Part shown: in pieces, positions 22,672-31,875 of the stretch
How the letters are laid out: each line of letters starts with the position of its first letter
Position numbering within the stretch: the stretch's first letter is position 1
DNA from: Myxococcota bacterium
Lineage (GTDB): Bacteria; Myxococcota_A; SURF-8
NCBI GenBank assembly: GCA_965140415.1
Contig: OZ223209.1
Coordinates: forward strand, 1,120,001 to 1,184,000
Direction: 5' to 3'
Length of the DNA: 64,000 nt
Notes under the pieces: generated by a model
The model's input: the letters and a program-made list of their open reading frames with translations, nothing else
Database searches by the model: none
What the model was told of the DNA's origin: nothing
Program-made: the position numbers and the translations under genes

Positions 22672-22997
22672 CTGATCCCTTATGGACTGTCACCGCAAGT
22701 GTCACCGATGTAACCGCGTGTAACCGGTAACCGGTGACACGGATTCGCCTGTAATTCCATGTGGATAAGTCCTCCTGTCACCGCGTCACCGCTTTTTTTG
22801 CCATATCTTACGCAATGCAGCTCAGAGGGAAGGCCATCCTCGCGTTCGTCACATGCGTGCGCATACACGTATAGTTGAGAGAGATGTCCGAAAAAGCGGT
22901 GACGCGGTGACAATCTCATAATGTCCATTATTATCAACGACATAACTCATCCAAAGACCGGTGACGGAAGCGGTGACGGCGTGGTGATGCGAATGCA
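22672..22997. repeat. Origin-like GTCACC/GTAACC repeat array; inverted homolog of 37831-37997
   Basis: Many GTCACC/GGTGAC/GTAACC units; perfect 22-bp IR at 22776-22797 / 22891-22912; 22910-22997 and 22672-22743 match the reverse complement of 37831-37918 and 37926-37997. Confidence 0.85.
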
Positions 22998-23009
22998 CAG
23001 CCTCGCGAA

Positions 23010-23162
23010 ATGGTCAATGACCGGCTGGCGGCATTTATTCCGCATGCACTTCCACCCACCGCCCCTCTGCTGGAACTCGACGAAACCCTGCTCGAACTCC
23101 TGAATCGGGCCGAGCGAAGCCTGGTCCGACTGGAATCGTCGCTATTAGCAAAAACACTTTAG
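23010..23162 (+). pseudogene. Truncated N-terminal remnant of a second Fic-family gene (50 aa)
   Basis: Translates MVNDRLAAFIPHALPPTAPLLELDETLLELLNRAERSLVRLESSLLAKTL*, resembling the AFxPxxLPP..LLxxAxRxLxRL start of Fic-N proteins; no catalytic domain follows. Confidence 0.5.
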
Positions 23163-23202
23163 AAAAACGATGCGATGGGTATTAATTGGTTGTAGTAACA
23201 CA

Positions 23203-25647
23203 TCACATTTCGGCGAATAGATCCACTTCATCAGCAAGATCATACCCGACAGACCGATAGCCTTTGAGGCGACGATCAAACATGCGGGACAGCATGGGGA
23301 CGTTCAGGTCGGCGTAATCGTAGATGATGACTTCCCGCTTGCTGTGATGGATGCGGTGCAGGCGACCGGCATATTGGGCAAGCGTTCCTTTCCATGAGAT
23401 GGGCAGTGCCAGAAACAGGGTGTCGAGTCGAGGATGATCGAATCCTTCCCCGAGGAAGCGGCCCGTGGCCAGGATGAGATGCGACTCCCCTTCCGGCAGG
23501 CCATCCAATTTCTCAACCGTGGCCTTCAGATCCTTTTTCTTCATGCCCCCTTTGAAGACGATGAGATTTTTGACCTGATCTTGCAACATGCCTTCCAGCA
23601 TGTCCAGGTGCTTGCGCCGTTCCGTCAACAGAAGCGGGCAACGCCCCTCACGCAAGGCCTCCAAGACATCGGCCACGATCATGTCGTTCCGTCGCTGGTC
23701 CGCGATCAGCATCTGATAGAGATCCGTGATTTTCGGCTCGTCGTCAAAGGCCGTGCGGTTGGGCAGATAAAAGGGCGTTCGCTTGACAATGAGTCGGTGC
23801 TCGAATGGTCGTTCGATTGCCTTCTTCCTGGCATTAACGGCGTAACGGACCGGGCCGCAGTTCATGAAGATGATGGGATGGTGTCCGTCTTTGCGCGTAA
23901 CCGTTGCGGACAGGCCCATGACATAGCGGCCTTTGAACTCACGCAGTATCGACTCGAAACTGGGTGCGGAAACATGATGACATTCATCCACGATGATGTG
24001 TCCGTACTCGGCGACACGATCGTCGACAACGCCTTTCCGGCAGAAACTTTGTATGATGGCAACATCGATGATTCCAGATGGTTTCTTCTTTCCGCCGCCG
24101 ATCCGACCGATATCAGTGGGATCGATATCCAGGAACTCTCCAAGGCGAGCAAGCCATTGTTCGAGCAACTGCTTGCGATGAACAAGGATCAAGGTGTTCA
24201 CCCCACGCTTGGCCAGGACATGCATGGCCACCACGGTTTTACCAAAGGCCGTTGTCGCAGCCAAGACTCCAACATCCTTGGCCAGCAACGCTTTGCTTGC
24301 CTTGGTCTGGTCCGGATAGAGTTCGCCAAGGAACCTGCTCTTGATTGCATTTCCAGTGAAGCGCTTATCCGAAATCTGAACAGAGATTCCGTTTTCTTCA
24401 AGGAGTCCTACGAGGTCATCCTGGCAGCCGCGAGGCAGGGCGATATGTTCGGGGAAGTTCTCGGCGCATGTGATGATTCTGGGCGTATTCCAGATCGGCA
24501 TGCGCATGGCCTGCTTCTGGTAGAAGTCCGGGTTCTGAAAAGCGGCGATGCGGACGATCGCATTTCGCAGGGATGGTGAGAGCTTCTGCTTCGGAACGAA
24601 CACCTGGTTGGCCAGGACGATCTCCATGGAATCCGGGAACGGACCGGCAATGGCGCGTCGCCGCTTGCGCGAGGGTCGCGCCTCCCACGGACGGTCGGAG
24701 TCTTCGTCTGTCACCGGCATCCTGACACCAGTGACCTGGCCGGAGTCGAGCGCTTTCCTGGCCCAGTCCTGCACTTCCTCGCCGGACATGCGGCGGATGG
24801 AAGACAGGAATTCCCATTGATCGGGATAAGGAGATAGGGACGAATCGAGGAACACGCTGAAGCCCTTACTGCGCGGTTTCTGCTGGAGCGGCAGGGCGAT
24901 CAGGTTGCCGAAGCCACCCTTGGGCAAGGTGTCCTGGTTCGGAAACAGGCGATCATAGGAATTGAAATCGATCTCCGGCCGCCGCTCCATGGTGACCGTG
25001 ATCAACCAGGAGGCCATCGTTCTGGCCACATCGCAGGGAACCGGTTCATTGAAGAAGATCCATGCATGTCCACCGTTTCCCGACCGGGAGCATTCAATCG
25101 CCACCGGAATGTTAAGTTCCTCGCAGGTTTGCCTGAAGGCGCTTATATCGCTTCGCCATTCCTCTTTGTCGAAATCAGCAGCGATGAACCAGCAGGTCTC
25201 ATCCAGCAGCATGGGATAGACGCCGATGGTGAAATCCTCTTTTTTCCGGTCTCCCGGCCAGTGACCGCGCAGGTGCGCTTCGATTACAAGGTCGGCAAGC
25301 GGCAGAAACAGACGGTGTTTACATTTCGCGCATTGAACGCGGGGCTTCTCGCATATGCCCGGCTTCCATTCATTCTCACAGGCCGGTTGGTATCCGGACT
25401 TCCCGGTCTTTCGACTTTTGAAGCGACGGGGGTACACATCTGTCCGCCCTCGAAACAAAGACCGGAACAAGCTTATTTTCTCGGCAGGGGATGACTTCTC
25501 GTTGACGCGTGCAGACGCTTCCTCAAAGGCGGACAGTTGTTGCTCGGACTGGTTCAGGGAGGTGATTTCCTCGAGGATTTCGTTGCGGCGAATATCGAGG
25601 CTCGCCAGCTCGGCTTGCAGTTTCTTCAGGCGATCGCCCATCGTCAC
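23203..25647 (-). CDS. AEP primase-like domain (TOTE-associated type) fused to an SF2 DEAD/DEAH helicase
   Basis: LFRGRTDVY, IGVYPM, AADFD, SRSGNGGHAW, DRLFPNQD, GNLIALP; helicase ATTAFGKT, DECHH, GLSAT, EGFD, QYAGRLHR. Confidence 0.9.
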   Translation of the reverse strand: MTMGDRLKKLQAELASLDIRRNEILEEITSLNQSEQQLSAFEEASARVNEKSSPAEKISLFRSLFRGRTDVYPRRFKSRKTGKSGYQPACENEWKPGICEKPRVQCAKCKHRLFLPLADLVIEAHLRGHWPGDRKKEDFTIGVYPMLLDETCWFIAADFDKEEWRSDISAFRQTCEELNIPVAIECSRSGNGGHAWIFFNEPVPCDVARTMASWLITVTMERRPEIDFNSYDRLFPNQDTLPKGGFGNLIALPLQQKPRSKGFSVFLDSSLSPYPDQWEFLSSIRRMSGEEVQDWARKALDSGQVTGVRMPVTDEDSDRPWEARPSRKRRRAIAGPFPDSMEIVLANQVFVPKQKLSPSLRNAIVRIAAFQNPDFYQKQAMRMPIWNTPRIITCAENFPEHIALPRGCQDDLVGLLEENGISVQISDKRFTGNAIKSRFLGELYPDQTKASKALLAKDVGVLAATTAFGKTVVAMHVLAKRGVNTLILVHRKQLLEQWLARLGEFLDIDPTDIGRIGGGKKKPSGIIDVAIIQSFCRKGVVDDRVAEYGHIIVDECHHVSAPSFESILREFKGRYVMGLSATVTRKDGHHPIIFMNCGPVRYAVNARKKAIERPFEHRLIVKRTPFYLPNRTAFDDEPKITDLYQMLIADQRRNDMIVADVLEALREGRCPLLLTERRKHLDMLEGMLQDQVKNLIVFKGGMKKKDLKATVEKLDGLPEGESHLILATGRFLGEGFDHPRLDTLFLALPISWKGTLAQYAGRLHRIHHSKREVIIYDYADLNVPMLSRMFDRRLKGYRSVGYDLADEVDLFAEM

Positions 25648-26645
25648 TCCGGGTCTATCGCAGTTTCACCCTCATTGATCTCCGCTTCCAATTTCCCCAG
25701 CACCTCAAGCATCTCTTCAAACTCCGGCGCCTCACCGAAGATCATGATCTGCATTTCAGCGTAGTCCCGTTTCAGTGTGGCGCGGACGTGGTCCGGCGGA
25801 ACCAGTTTCAACGTGCCGATCCGGGCCAGGTCGTAGCGCGCCCAGTTGCTGGGATAGAACTTCTGCTTGAAGGCCACGACATCGGGCAGCAGATCCGTAC
25901 TGGTCAGGAAATCACGCTTTCGGTCCGATTGCACCATGCGCACCAGGTCGTAGTAATGACGGGAATAACGGGTCGGCTGCGGCTTGTCCGGCGGCCGGTG
26001 CGCTTCCTGGTGCAGAATGGTGGCCTTCTCCCAAAAGGTTCTTTCGGCCAGGATGGCTTTGACCCTGGCTTCCGGTTCTTCGAACAGCTTCGGAAATGCT
26101 TCCGCCGCATAGGGCTTGATGGCGTATTCGGCATTGGGCAGCCAGGCTGCCAGCGGACCCACTTCGAGTCGAATCTCGGGCCGCAAATAGGTTTCCTTGA
26201 ATGCGCCCGGATATACGATGTCGATCACATCGGGCGTTTGGGGATCGATACCAGCCGTAGCGACGCCCTCGATGAGATCGACAACAGCCGGTAGAAAACG
26301 GTCTCGCAGGTAGACCCGGGCCTGTTCGTTGGTGGCCTTGTTGAAACGATCCTGCTTGGTTTTGGATCGGTCGAGCTCAGGCTTCTCCTCCGCCACCTCG
26401 TTCCAATCGAGGATCAGGTCGATGTCTTCGGAAAAGCGTTCGATCAGACCGAAGACCTTGGAAAGGGATGTGCCGCCCTTGAACAGAATCCTATCCCTGA
26501 AAAAGTCCGACGAAAACAGTCTGTCCAGCACCCAGCAGGTCCAGAAGTCCTTCTCGATGACGGCGGGTGACAAGCCCCGAACCGCTGCCGTCTCCGTGAA
26601 CAGGTCGCTACGATCTTTCAGCGACAGTGTCGCAATCTTCCGCAT
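25644..26645 (-). CDS. AbiEii-family nucleotidyltransferase toxin (type IV TA)
   Basis: IEKDFW, FKGGTSLSK, RFSEDIDL, ERTFWEK, RHYYD. Confidence 0.93.
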   Translation of the reverse strand: MRKIATLSLKDRSDLFTETAAVRGLSPAVIEKDFWTCWVLDRLFSSDFFRDRILFKGGTSLSKVFGLIERFSEDIDLILDWNEVAEEKPELDRSKTKQDRFNKATNEQARVYLRDRFLPAVVDLIEGVATAGIDPQTPDVIDIVYPGAFKETYLRPEIRLEVGPLAAWLPNAEYAIKPYAAEAFPKLFEEPEARVKAILAERTFWEKATILHQEAHRPPDKPQPTRYSRHYYDLVRMVQSDRKRDFLTSTDLLPDVVAFKQKFYPSNWARYDLARIGTLKLVPPDHVRATLKRDYAEMQIMIFGEAPEFEEMLEVLGKLEAEINEGETAIDPE

Positions 26646-27255
26646 CCTCTTCCTCTCTGCAGATTCGCCGTATGGCGCTGTACACCCAGGCTGTCACTGT
26701 CTTTGTATCCCGAAGCACTTTTTTCCTCTCGCTCTCGGGCAACCAGTTGCGGATCCTGTCCACGACCTCGTCGGTGACAGCCTCCTTGCCCAGCGACTTC
26801 AGGCCCTGGACGATCAGGGCGCTTTCTGCATACTTGAACGAGGCCTCTTTCAAAGCCGTGTGCCTGAACACGAGTTCGGTCTTGCCAACCGCGTAGCGCC
26901 GGGTCGGTCCGTCCGACATGTACAGGATTCGCCCGGGCACCTGCGAGGACAGGCCCATCAGGTTCAACGCCGCCGCCCCGCTCGGGTGGATTCTCCAACC
27001 GAACTTCCGGGACAGAGCAGAAGCAACCTTTGCGAGGTCCGGGCTCAAATGTTTCTCCAACAGCTCGCTGTAGATCGGATAGTCGTAAATGCCGCGCAAA
27101 ATCCGGCGGATCGTGCCTTTTTTCTCTAGCCGATGGAGCGCCACATGGATAGCCTCGGTTGAACCAAGCTCCGAGAAATCGGCCTGTGAGAAAGACCAAC
27201 CCCTACCGTTGCCGTATATGCGACTAACTATCCTGTTTTCTATGCTATTATCCAT
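26608..27255 (-). CDS. AbiEi-like antitoxin / transcriptional regulator (DUF6088-like)
   Basis: N-terminal wHTH (ALHRLEKKGTIRRILRGIY), SGAAALNLMGLSSQVP; directly upstream of and overlapping the abiEii gene. Confidence 0.88.
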   Translation of the reverse strand: MDNSIENRIVSRIYGNGRGWSFSQADFSELGSTEAIHVALHRLEKKGTIRRILRGIYDYPIYSELLEKHLSPDLAKVASALSRKFGWRIHPSGAAALNLMGLSSQVPGRILYMSDGPTRRYAVGKTELVFRHTALKEASFKYAESALIVQGLKSLGKEAVTDEVVDRIRNWLPESERKKVLRDTKTVTAWVYSAIRRICREEEDAEDCDTVAERS

Positions 27256-27272
27256 AATTATCCTCGATATTC

Positions 27273-27302
27273 TGTAAGGTAAATTAACCTATTTTCCTTA
27301 CA
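27273..27302. promoter_or_regulatory. Inverted-repeat operator upstream of the abiE operon
   Basis: TGTAAGGTAAAT-N6-ATTTTCCTTACA (11/12 match), next to a minus-strand TTGACT -35 at 27305-27310; AbiEi proteins autoregulate through promoter inverted repeats. Confidence 0.6.
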
Positions 27303-27384
27303 ATAGTCAAGGCAATTCAAACCGCAAAGCCGATCAAGTTCGGACCGGAGAATTATTTTAGGAGCCTTTATTTACGGTTACGCG

Positions 27385-27678
27385 TCACGCCTGTGAACTT
27401 TTCCCATCCACCCGTTCCCGCAAGTTCTTGCCGACCTTAAAAAACGGCAGATGCTTCTCGTCCACCTGGATCACTTCACCCGTGCGCGGGTTGCGCCCTT
27501 CGTAGGCCGGATAATGTTTGGAAACGAACGTACCGAATCCGCGAATCTCGATGCGGTCGCCGTTGGCCAGAGCGTTGGACATGGAGTCGAAGACCAGGTT
27601 CACAACCTGTTCAGCCTGCTTCTTTGTGGTTTCAGCTTGCGATGCCACTTTCTCGACCAGATCGGATTTGTTCATCAT
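27385..27678 (-). CDS. IHF-beta/HU family DNA-bending protein
   Basis: MNKSDL, RIEIRGFGTF, GRNPRTGE, PFFKVGK. Confidence 0.93.
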   Translation of the reverse strand: MMNKSDLVEKVASQAETTKKQAEQVVNLVFDSMSNALANGDRIEIRGFGTFVSKHYPAYEGRNPRTGEVIQVDEKHLPFFKVGKNLRERVDGKSSQA

Positions 27679-27896
27679 CTCTCCTCATTCGGCGGCGGAT
27701 CGGGTGTGTCGTCAAAAAGCAGACTTTTGTCCTCCACTGCAAGATCGAGCGCCGTCAGTATCCGGCGCTGCGTATCGATCCGGCAGGCATGGCCCTTCTC
27801 GATACGGTCGATGGTCAGCGCCGACAAGCCGGCTCGCCTGGCCAACTCCGCCTTCGACATCAGGCGATCCTCTCTGTATTTCTTCAACTTGTTCAT
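27675..27896 (-). CDS. XRE-family HTH transcriptional regulator
   Basis: LKKYREDRLMSKAELARRAGLSALTIDRIEKG; ATGA overlap with the IHF/HU gene. Confidence 0.85.
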   Translation of the reverse strand: MNKLKKYREDRLMSKAELARRAGLSALTIDRIEKGHACRIDTQRRILTALDLAVEDKSLLFDDTPDPPPNEER

Positions 27897-28045
27897 ACGA
27901 TTCAACACACGTCCTTGCGACGCTTCGCAGAAAACCCGACCGGCGTCCATCATAATAATCATCGGATTGCGTTGCATATTATCACCACCGATGTCGAATA
28001 TCACAAGGTTTTCTCATTTCCAAACCGTTCGGATCGTGTGCCCAT

Positions 28046-31000
28046 TCATTCTCGCATCAGATATCTCGGAGCTTGTGTCGGGATAATGGACCGAGAGGCG
28101 TCCCGCCCGCGAGGAACGGAATCTTTTGGGCGGATGGAATCAGGAAGACAAAATTCCTGCAGCGCCTGCTGGAAATGCTTTTTACGGATCGCCAGGTCAT
28201 CCGGCGTTGGATTATTCCGGCTGGCCTCCTTCACGCAGAGCCGCGCGGCGCTCTGGCAGACATGGGCGATGTCGGCTCCAGTGAGGCCGGGGGTGAGCGA
28301 AGCGAGTTCCGTGGCGAGACGATCCGAATCGAGCGCGGGGTTGAGGACGAGCGGCTCCAGATAATGTTTGAAGATGGCAACGCGTCCCGCTTCATCCGGC
28401 GGCCTCATGTCGATCACCCGATCAAAGCGTCCGGGCCGCCGTAAGGCCGGATCGATGTCGTCTGGCCGGTTGGTGGTGGCGATGGCAAAAATGTTGCCGC
28501 GATCTTCCAGGCCATCGAGCAGTGCCAGCAGCTGCGTGACCATGCTCTTCTGATACTGGGCGTCAGCGGAACCGCGAGAGACGGCCAGACAGTCGATCTC
28601 GTCGAAGAGAATGACGGAGGGCGCGAGGGTCTTTGCCCGCTCGAAGATGGATCGCAGGGTGGCTTCCGTCTCGCCGACCCACTTGGAGAGCAACTCCGGG
28701 CCGGAAACCGTTTCGACATGCGCGACGCATTCCCCGGCCACGGCGCGGGCCAGCAGGGTTTTACCCGTTCCCGGAGGACCGGCCAGAATGACGCCGCCTG
28801 CTCTTGGCGTTGCGCCAATACGCACGAAGAGATCGGCGTGCCGCAATGGTAGTTCGATCAGATCGCGCACGGCTTCGACGGCTTGGTCCTGTCCCTGCAC
28901 GTCGGCATAGCGCGTGGGAGGGATGGTTCTCTGCGGGGTGGATGATATCGCTTTCGAATCGCTGGCTTCCGTATCTCCGTTGCGCTCGATCTCTTTACCA
29001 AATCCCACTCGGATGTTGAGGCCGCCGGAGCGCCAGGGATTGTCCTTCGTCGTACGCAGCGTCGGCGGTGTCTTCGCATCGACTGGCCAGAGCCAGGCGG
29101 CTTCCCCATCCTTATTATAGAGCGTGATCCAGCCTGCGGCGTTTGCCTCGATGGCGTCGGGCAATGCGTCGATCTTGTCTAACATGGCTACGCGGTCGAA
29201 GTGCGGACACATGCGCACACCCTCATTACGATCGGCGTCAATTTGGCGTTTCAGTGCGGCTTTATCAATTGTGACACGCTCGCCGTCGAAGCATCCCACT
29301 GCCCACCAGGGTGGCTCATCGCTACCGGAGTGATTGAGCCATTCGTGAGAGGTCCAGATATTCAGAGCGCTGCATCCGAACATGCAATCTTGTTTGCAGG
29401 CATCCGCCCCCTGCTTTTTGCGCTTGAGCCAGCAGCGCCGGGCATCCTCAATTCGGTTCATGAAATTTTGCAAATCGTGCTTGCCGATCAGCTCGCCATC
29501 GAGCGACACCTCGGTCGTCTTCCAGGCCTTGACGATCTTCAGCAGATTGTCGATGCGCTTGGCGTTTTCGACCAGACCGTGCGTGATCGACAACTCGAAC
29601 CAGGATTCTCGGTCCTTGTCGTCCCTCGTAATCTCCAGCAAACCCAGCTTCGCTAACGCATCCAGTCGTCTCCGAATGATGGGGAAAGTCGGTGAGGTGG
29701 ACGGGGCGAAGGCGATGCGCAAGGCCGGAGACTGTAGACCGGAGGCTGGATGTCGGGTATCTTGAGCCTCAGTTGCGACAGTTTCCTCTTCCGACCTACG
29801 GTCTCCAGCCTCAAGACTCCAGCCTTTTTTGATGTTGGTGGCCAGCCAGTCGTCCGCGAATGTATGCATCGTTTCTTCGCTTGCCGCCACACGCAGATCG
29901 GTTTTAAGGGGCTGCTTGCGTCTCGGTGCGTAGTCGGTGAAGAAGATGACGTAGTTCGGATAGGCCGGATCGGCTTTGCGCTTGTTGCTTTTCCAGCAAA
30001 CCAGCTTGCGCAGGGCCATCCCGCGCGGCGTGCGTTTTGTGTAGACCTCACGGCGGATGATCTCACTGGCGGGCAAGGTCGCCGGATTGATGGTCGCCAA
30101 CTCGGCAATGGGAACGAGATCCGACACTTGCTCGGCGCGCACGTCCGGTCGCACCGCCCGCTTGTCATCACGAATGCGACGGAACACGGCATTGATCATG
30201 CTGACAGACGATGCAGGGCAGAGGGGTGACCATCCGGTTTCGTCTTTGTATCGGAGCACCATGCGGCGGACGGGTTCGTCTTTGCTGTTGGCGGCGATGA
30301 GGTCGTTGCACTTGATCTTGACGACGAGTTCCGGTTTTACCCAGTGATAGAGCAGACCGTGGTCGTTGGCTTTTCGGTACGTGGATGCGCAGGTCAGCGG
30401 TGTCAGGCAATTCAACAAATCGGCGCTCTCCGCCCGGCTCCAGCCCGTTTTCACGCGCCCGATAAGCTGAAAAACGCCATCCGATTTCACCAGCGCCAGG
30501 AGCAGTTCAGAGACGCCGGAATCCGATGCAGCGTAACCAACGACCGCCGCGTCGATGGAAATCTCCGGCTTCACCTTATAGGTTCGACCATCCGATGCGT
30601 GAACGACGATGCCTTCCGCCCCTTCAGTGGTCACGATGCGCTCGTAGCAGGCAGTGACATCCTCCGGGGTCGCAGTCGTCTCAAAAGGTGCAAGATGAAA
30701 GCGACCGTCGCGCGGAATGGCCAATTGGCGCAGGCAATCAAGCCGTTCGGCGAAAGGCCGCCGCTGCATATCCGTTTCGCCGTCCATGAGCACGTCGAAG
30801 GCGGCGAAACGCAGACGAGCGGGGTTCCCGTTGGTTCCCATCGCGGCGTGCAGATCGAAAACACGCGGACGGCCTGAATCCACGGTTGCATAGAGTTCGC
30901 CAGCGAGCAAACCGCGCCATCCATTCAGCGACTTGCGCGCTTCGTTTGTCAGCGGAATGTCTTCCAGCGTTTTACCAAATGGTGACAGCAACACGCAGCA

Positions 31001-31165
31001 TTCATTGTCACATTGCAGAAACCAGGTCTCGCCATCGATCTTCTCCGAAACGATGCACGGTCCCGGCGGCAATGTGGCGAGCATCTCGTCCGGTGGGCAG
31101 GAGCGATAGGTTCCGGCGACGTTGCGCTTGTAAGCTGCCAGTATGGCCAATACGGCTGCGTTCAT
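28046..31165 (-). CDS. ATP-dependent DNA ligase fused to a WGR-like domain, an unknown domain and a Cdc48/p97-type AAA+ ATPase
   Basis: Ligase motifs EKIDGE (I), LAGEL (III), FAAFDVL (IIIa), EGIVV (IV), YKVK (V), OB fold and RIRDDK; KKGW-ending WGR-like segment; AAA: LIELPLRH, GPPGTGKT, ILFDEID, TNRPDDIDPALRRPGRFDR, GLTGADI. Confidence 0.9.
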   Translation of the reverse strand: MNAAVLAILAAYKRNVAGTYRSCPPDEMLATLPPGPCIVSEKIDGETWFLQCDNECCVLLSPFGKTLEDIPLTNEARKSLNGWRGLLAGELYATVDSGRPRVFDLHAAMGTNGNPARLRFAAFDVLMDGETDMQRRPFAERLDCLRQLAIPRDGRFHLAPFETTATPEDVTACYERIVTTEGAEGIVVHASDGRTYKVKPEISIDAAVVGYAASDSGVSELLLALVKSDGVFQLIGRVKTGWSRAESADLLNCLTPLTCASTYRKANDHGLLYHWVKPELVVKIKCNDLIAANSKDEPVRRMVLRYKDETGWSPLCPASSVSMINAVFRRIRDDKRAVRPDVRAEQVSDLVPIAELATINPATLPASEIIRREVYTKRTPRGMALRKLVCWKSNKRKADPAYPNYVIFFTDYAPRRKQPLKTDLRVAASEETMHTFADDWLATNIKKGWSLEAGDRRSEEETVATEAQDTRHPASGLQSPALRIAFAPSTSPTFPIIRRRLDALAKLGLLEITRDDKDRESWFELSITHGLVENAKRIDNLLKIVKAWKTTEVSLDGELIGKHDLQNFMNRIEDARRCWLKRKKQGADACKQDCMFGCSALNIWTSHEWLNHSGSDEPPWWAVGCFDGERVTIDKAALKRQIDADRNEGVRMCPHFDRVAMLDKIDALPDAIEANAAGWITLYNKDGEAAWLWPVDAKTPPTLRTTKDNPWRSGGLNIRVGFGKEIERNGDTEASDSKAISSTPQRTIPPTRYADVQGQDQAVEAVRDLIELPLRHADLFVRIGATPRAGGVILAGPPGTGKTLLARAVAGECVAHVETVSGPELLSKWVGETEATLRSIFERAKTLAPSVILFDEIDCLAVSRGSADAQYQKSMVTQLLALLDGLEDRGNIFAIATTNRPDDIDPALRRPGRFDRVIDMRPPDEAGRVAIFKHYLEPLVLNPALDSDRLATELASLTPGLTGADIAHVCQSAARLCVKEASRNNPTPDDLAIRKKHFQQALQEFCLPDSIRPKDSVPRGRDASRSIIPTQAPRYLMRE

Positions 31166-31875
31166 AATTGCACCTCTGGCGATTTCAATTCGAAAGCGGC
31201 CAGGTGCAGCACAAGCAGGTACGTTTCGCCTTTCACCCGACCTTCCAGAAAGCCCTTCATCGGCGTCCCGTTGCGCTCCAGGATGAGCGGTCCCGTTCCC
31301 TTCGGACCCGAGCCGACCAGCGCCAGTGCGTTACGTTCTTCCAGGTGACGGGCCAGGCCGAAGAGAAAGTCGTATTCCAGCGAGTTTGTGTGCCGCACCT
31401 GGTAGGCCCGCGTGAAGGCGTAACGCCGCGCGGCTTCCACCTTCGAGATCAGCTTGCCCGACCAGCGCGGCGGTGTATCGGGAAGCAGATTCGACGGAGT
31501 CTCCACCGGCTCTCGGCGGGCGATTTCGTTGCCATCACGGTCGTGCACCACTTCGATCATGCGCACCGAGTAAAGCGGCTGGCCGTCCGCGCCGATATGC
31601 ACGCGATCACAGGGACCGGTTTCACGTCCCGCCGACTCCAGGTCGATTTCCGGATCGCCGTCGATCAGCGCCCACGCCAGGGACTCCGGATCGCCGTATC
31701 GGGACAGTAATGTGTCATGGTCGGTTTCCGCCGTGCTCTTGATCAGGCGGGTGAAACGCGCGGGCGCACCTGACGGATCGGCGAAGCTGGCGCTTGGCGG
31801 CTTGCGTCGCGGGACCAACAGAACCGTGGCTTCACGTCCGCGATGATCGACCAGGCGGATCTTACGCAACGACAT
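31162..31875 (-). CDS. Hypothetical protein, possible divergent Ku-like protein B
   Basis: GGAGGG RBS; ATGA-coupled to the ligase gene; RYAFTRAYQV..FLFGLARHLEERNALALV..YLLVLHL resembles the Ku barrel C-half (by eye). Confidence 0.6.
   Translation of the reverse strand: MSLRKIRLVDHRGREATVLLVPRRKPPSASFADPSGAPARFTRLIKSTAETDHDTLLSRYGDPESLAWALIDGDPEIDLESAGRETGPCDRVHIGADGQPLYSVRMIEVVHDRDGNEIARREPVETPSNLLPDTPPRWSGKLISKVEAARRYAFTRAYQVRHTNSLEYDFLFGLARHLEERNALALVGSGPKGTGPLILERNGTPMKGFLEGRVKGETYLLVLHLAAFELKSPEVQL

Noticed and set aside
22680-22943. Small ORFs over the origin-like arrays (also 37693-38091) with similar translations
   Set aside because: The similarity reflects the DNA repeat; the ORFs differ in length and start and are probably non-coding
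28046-31165. Calling the ligase ligD or the ATPase ftsH/cdc48
   Set aside because: It has no polymerase or phosphoesterase domain, no protease or TM segment, and only one AAA module
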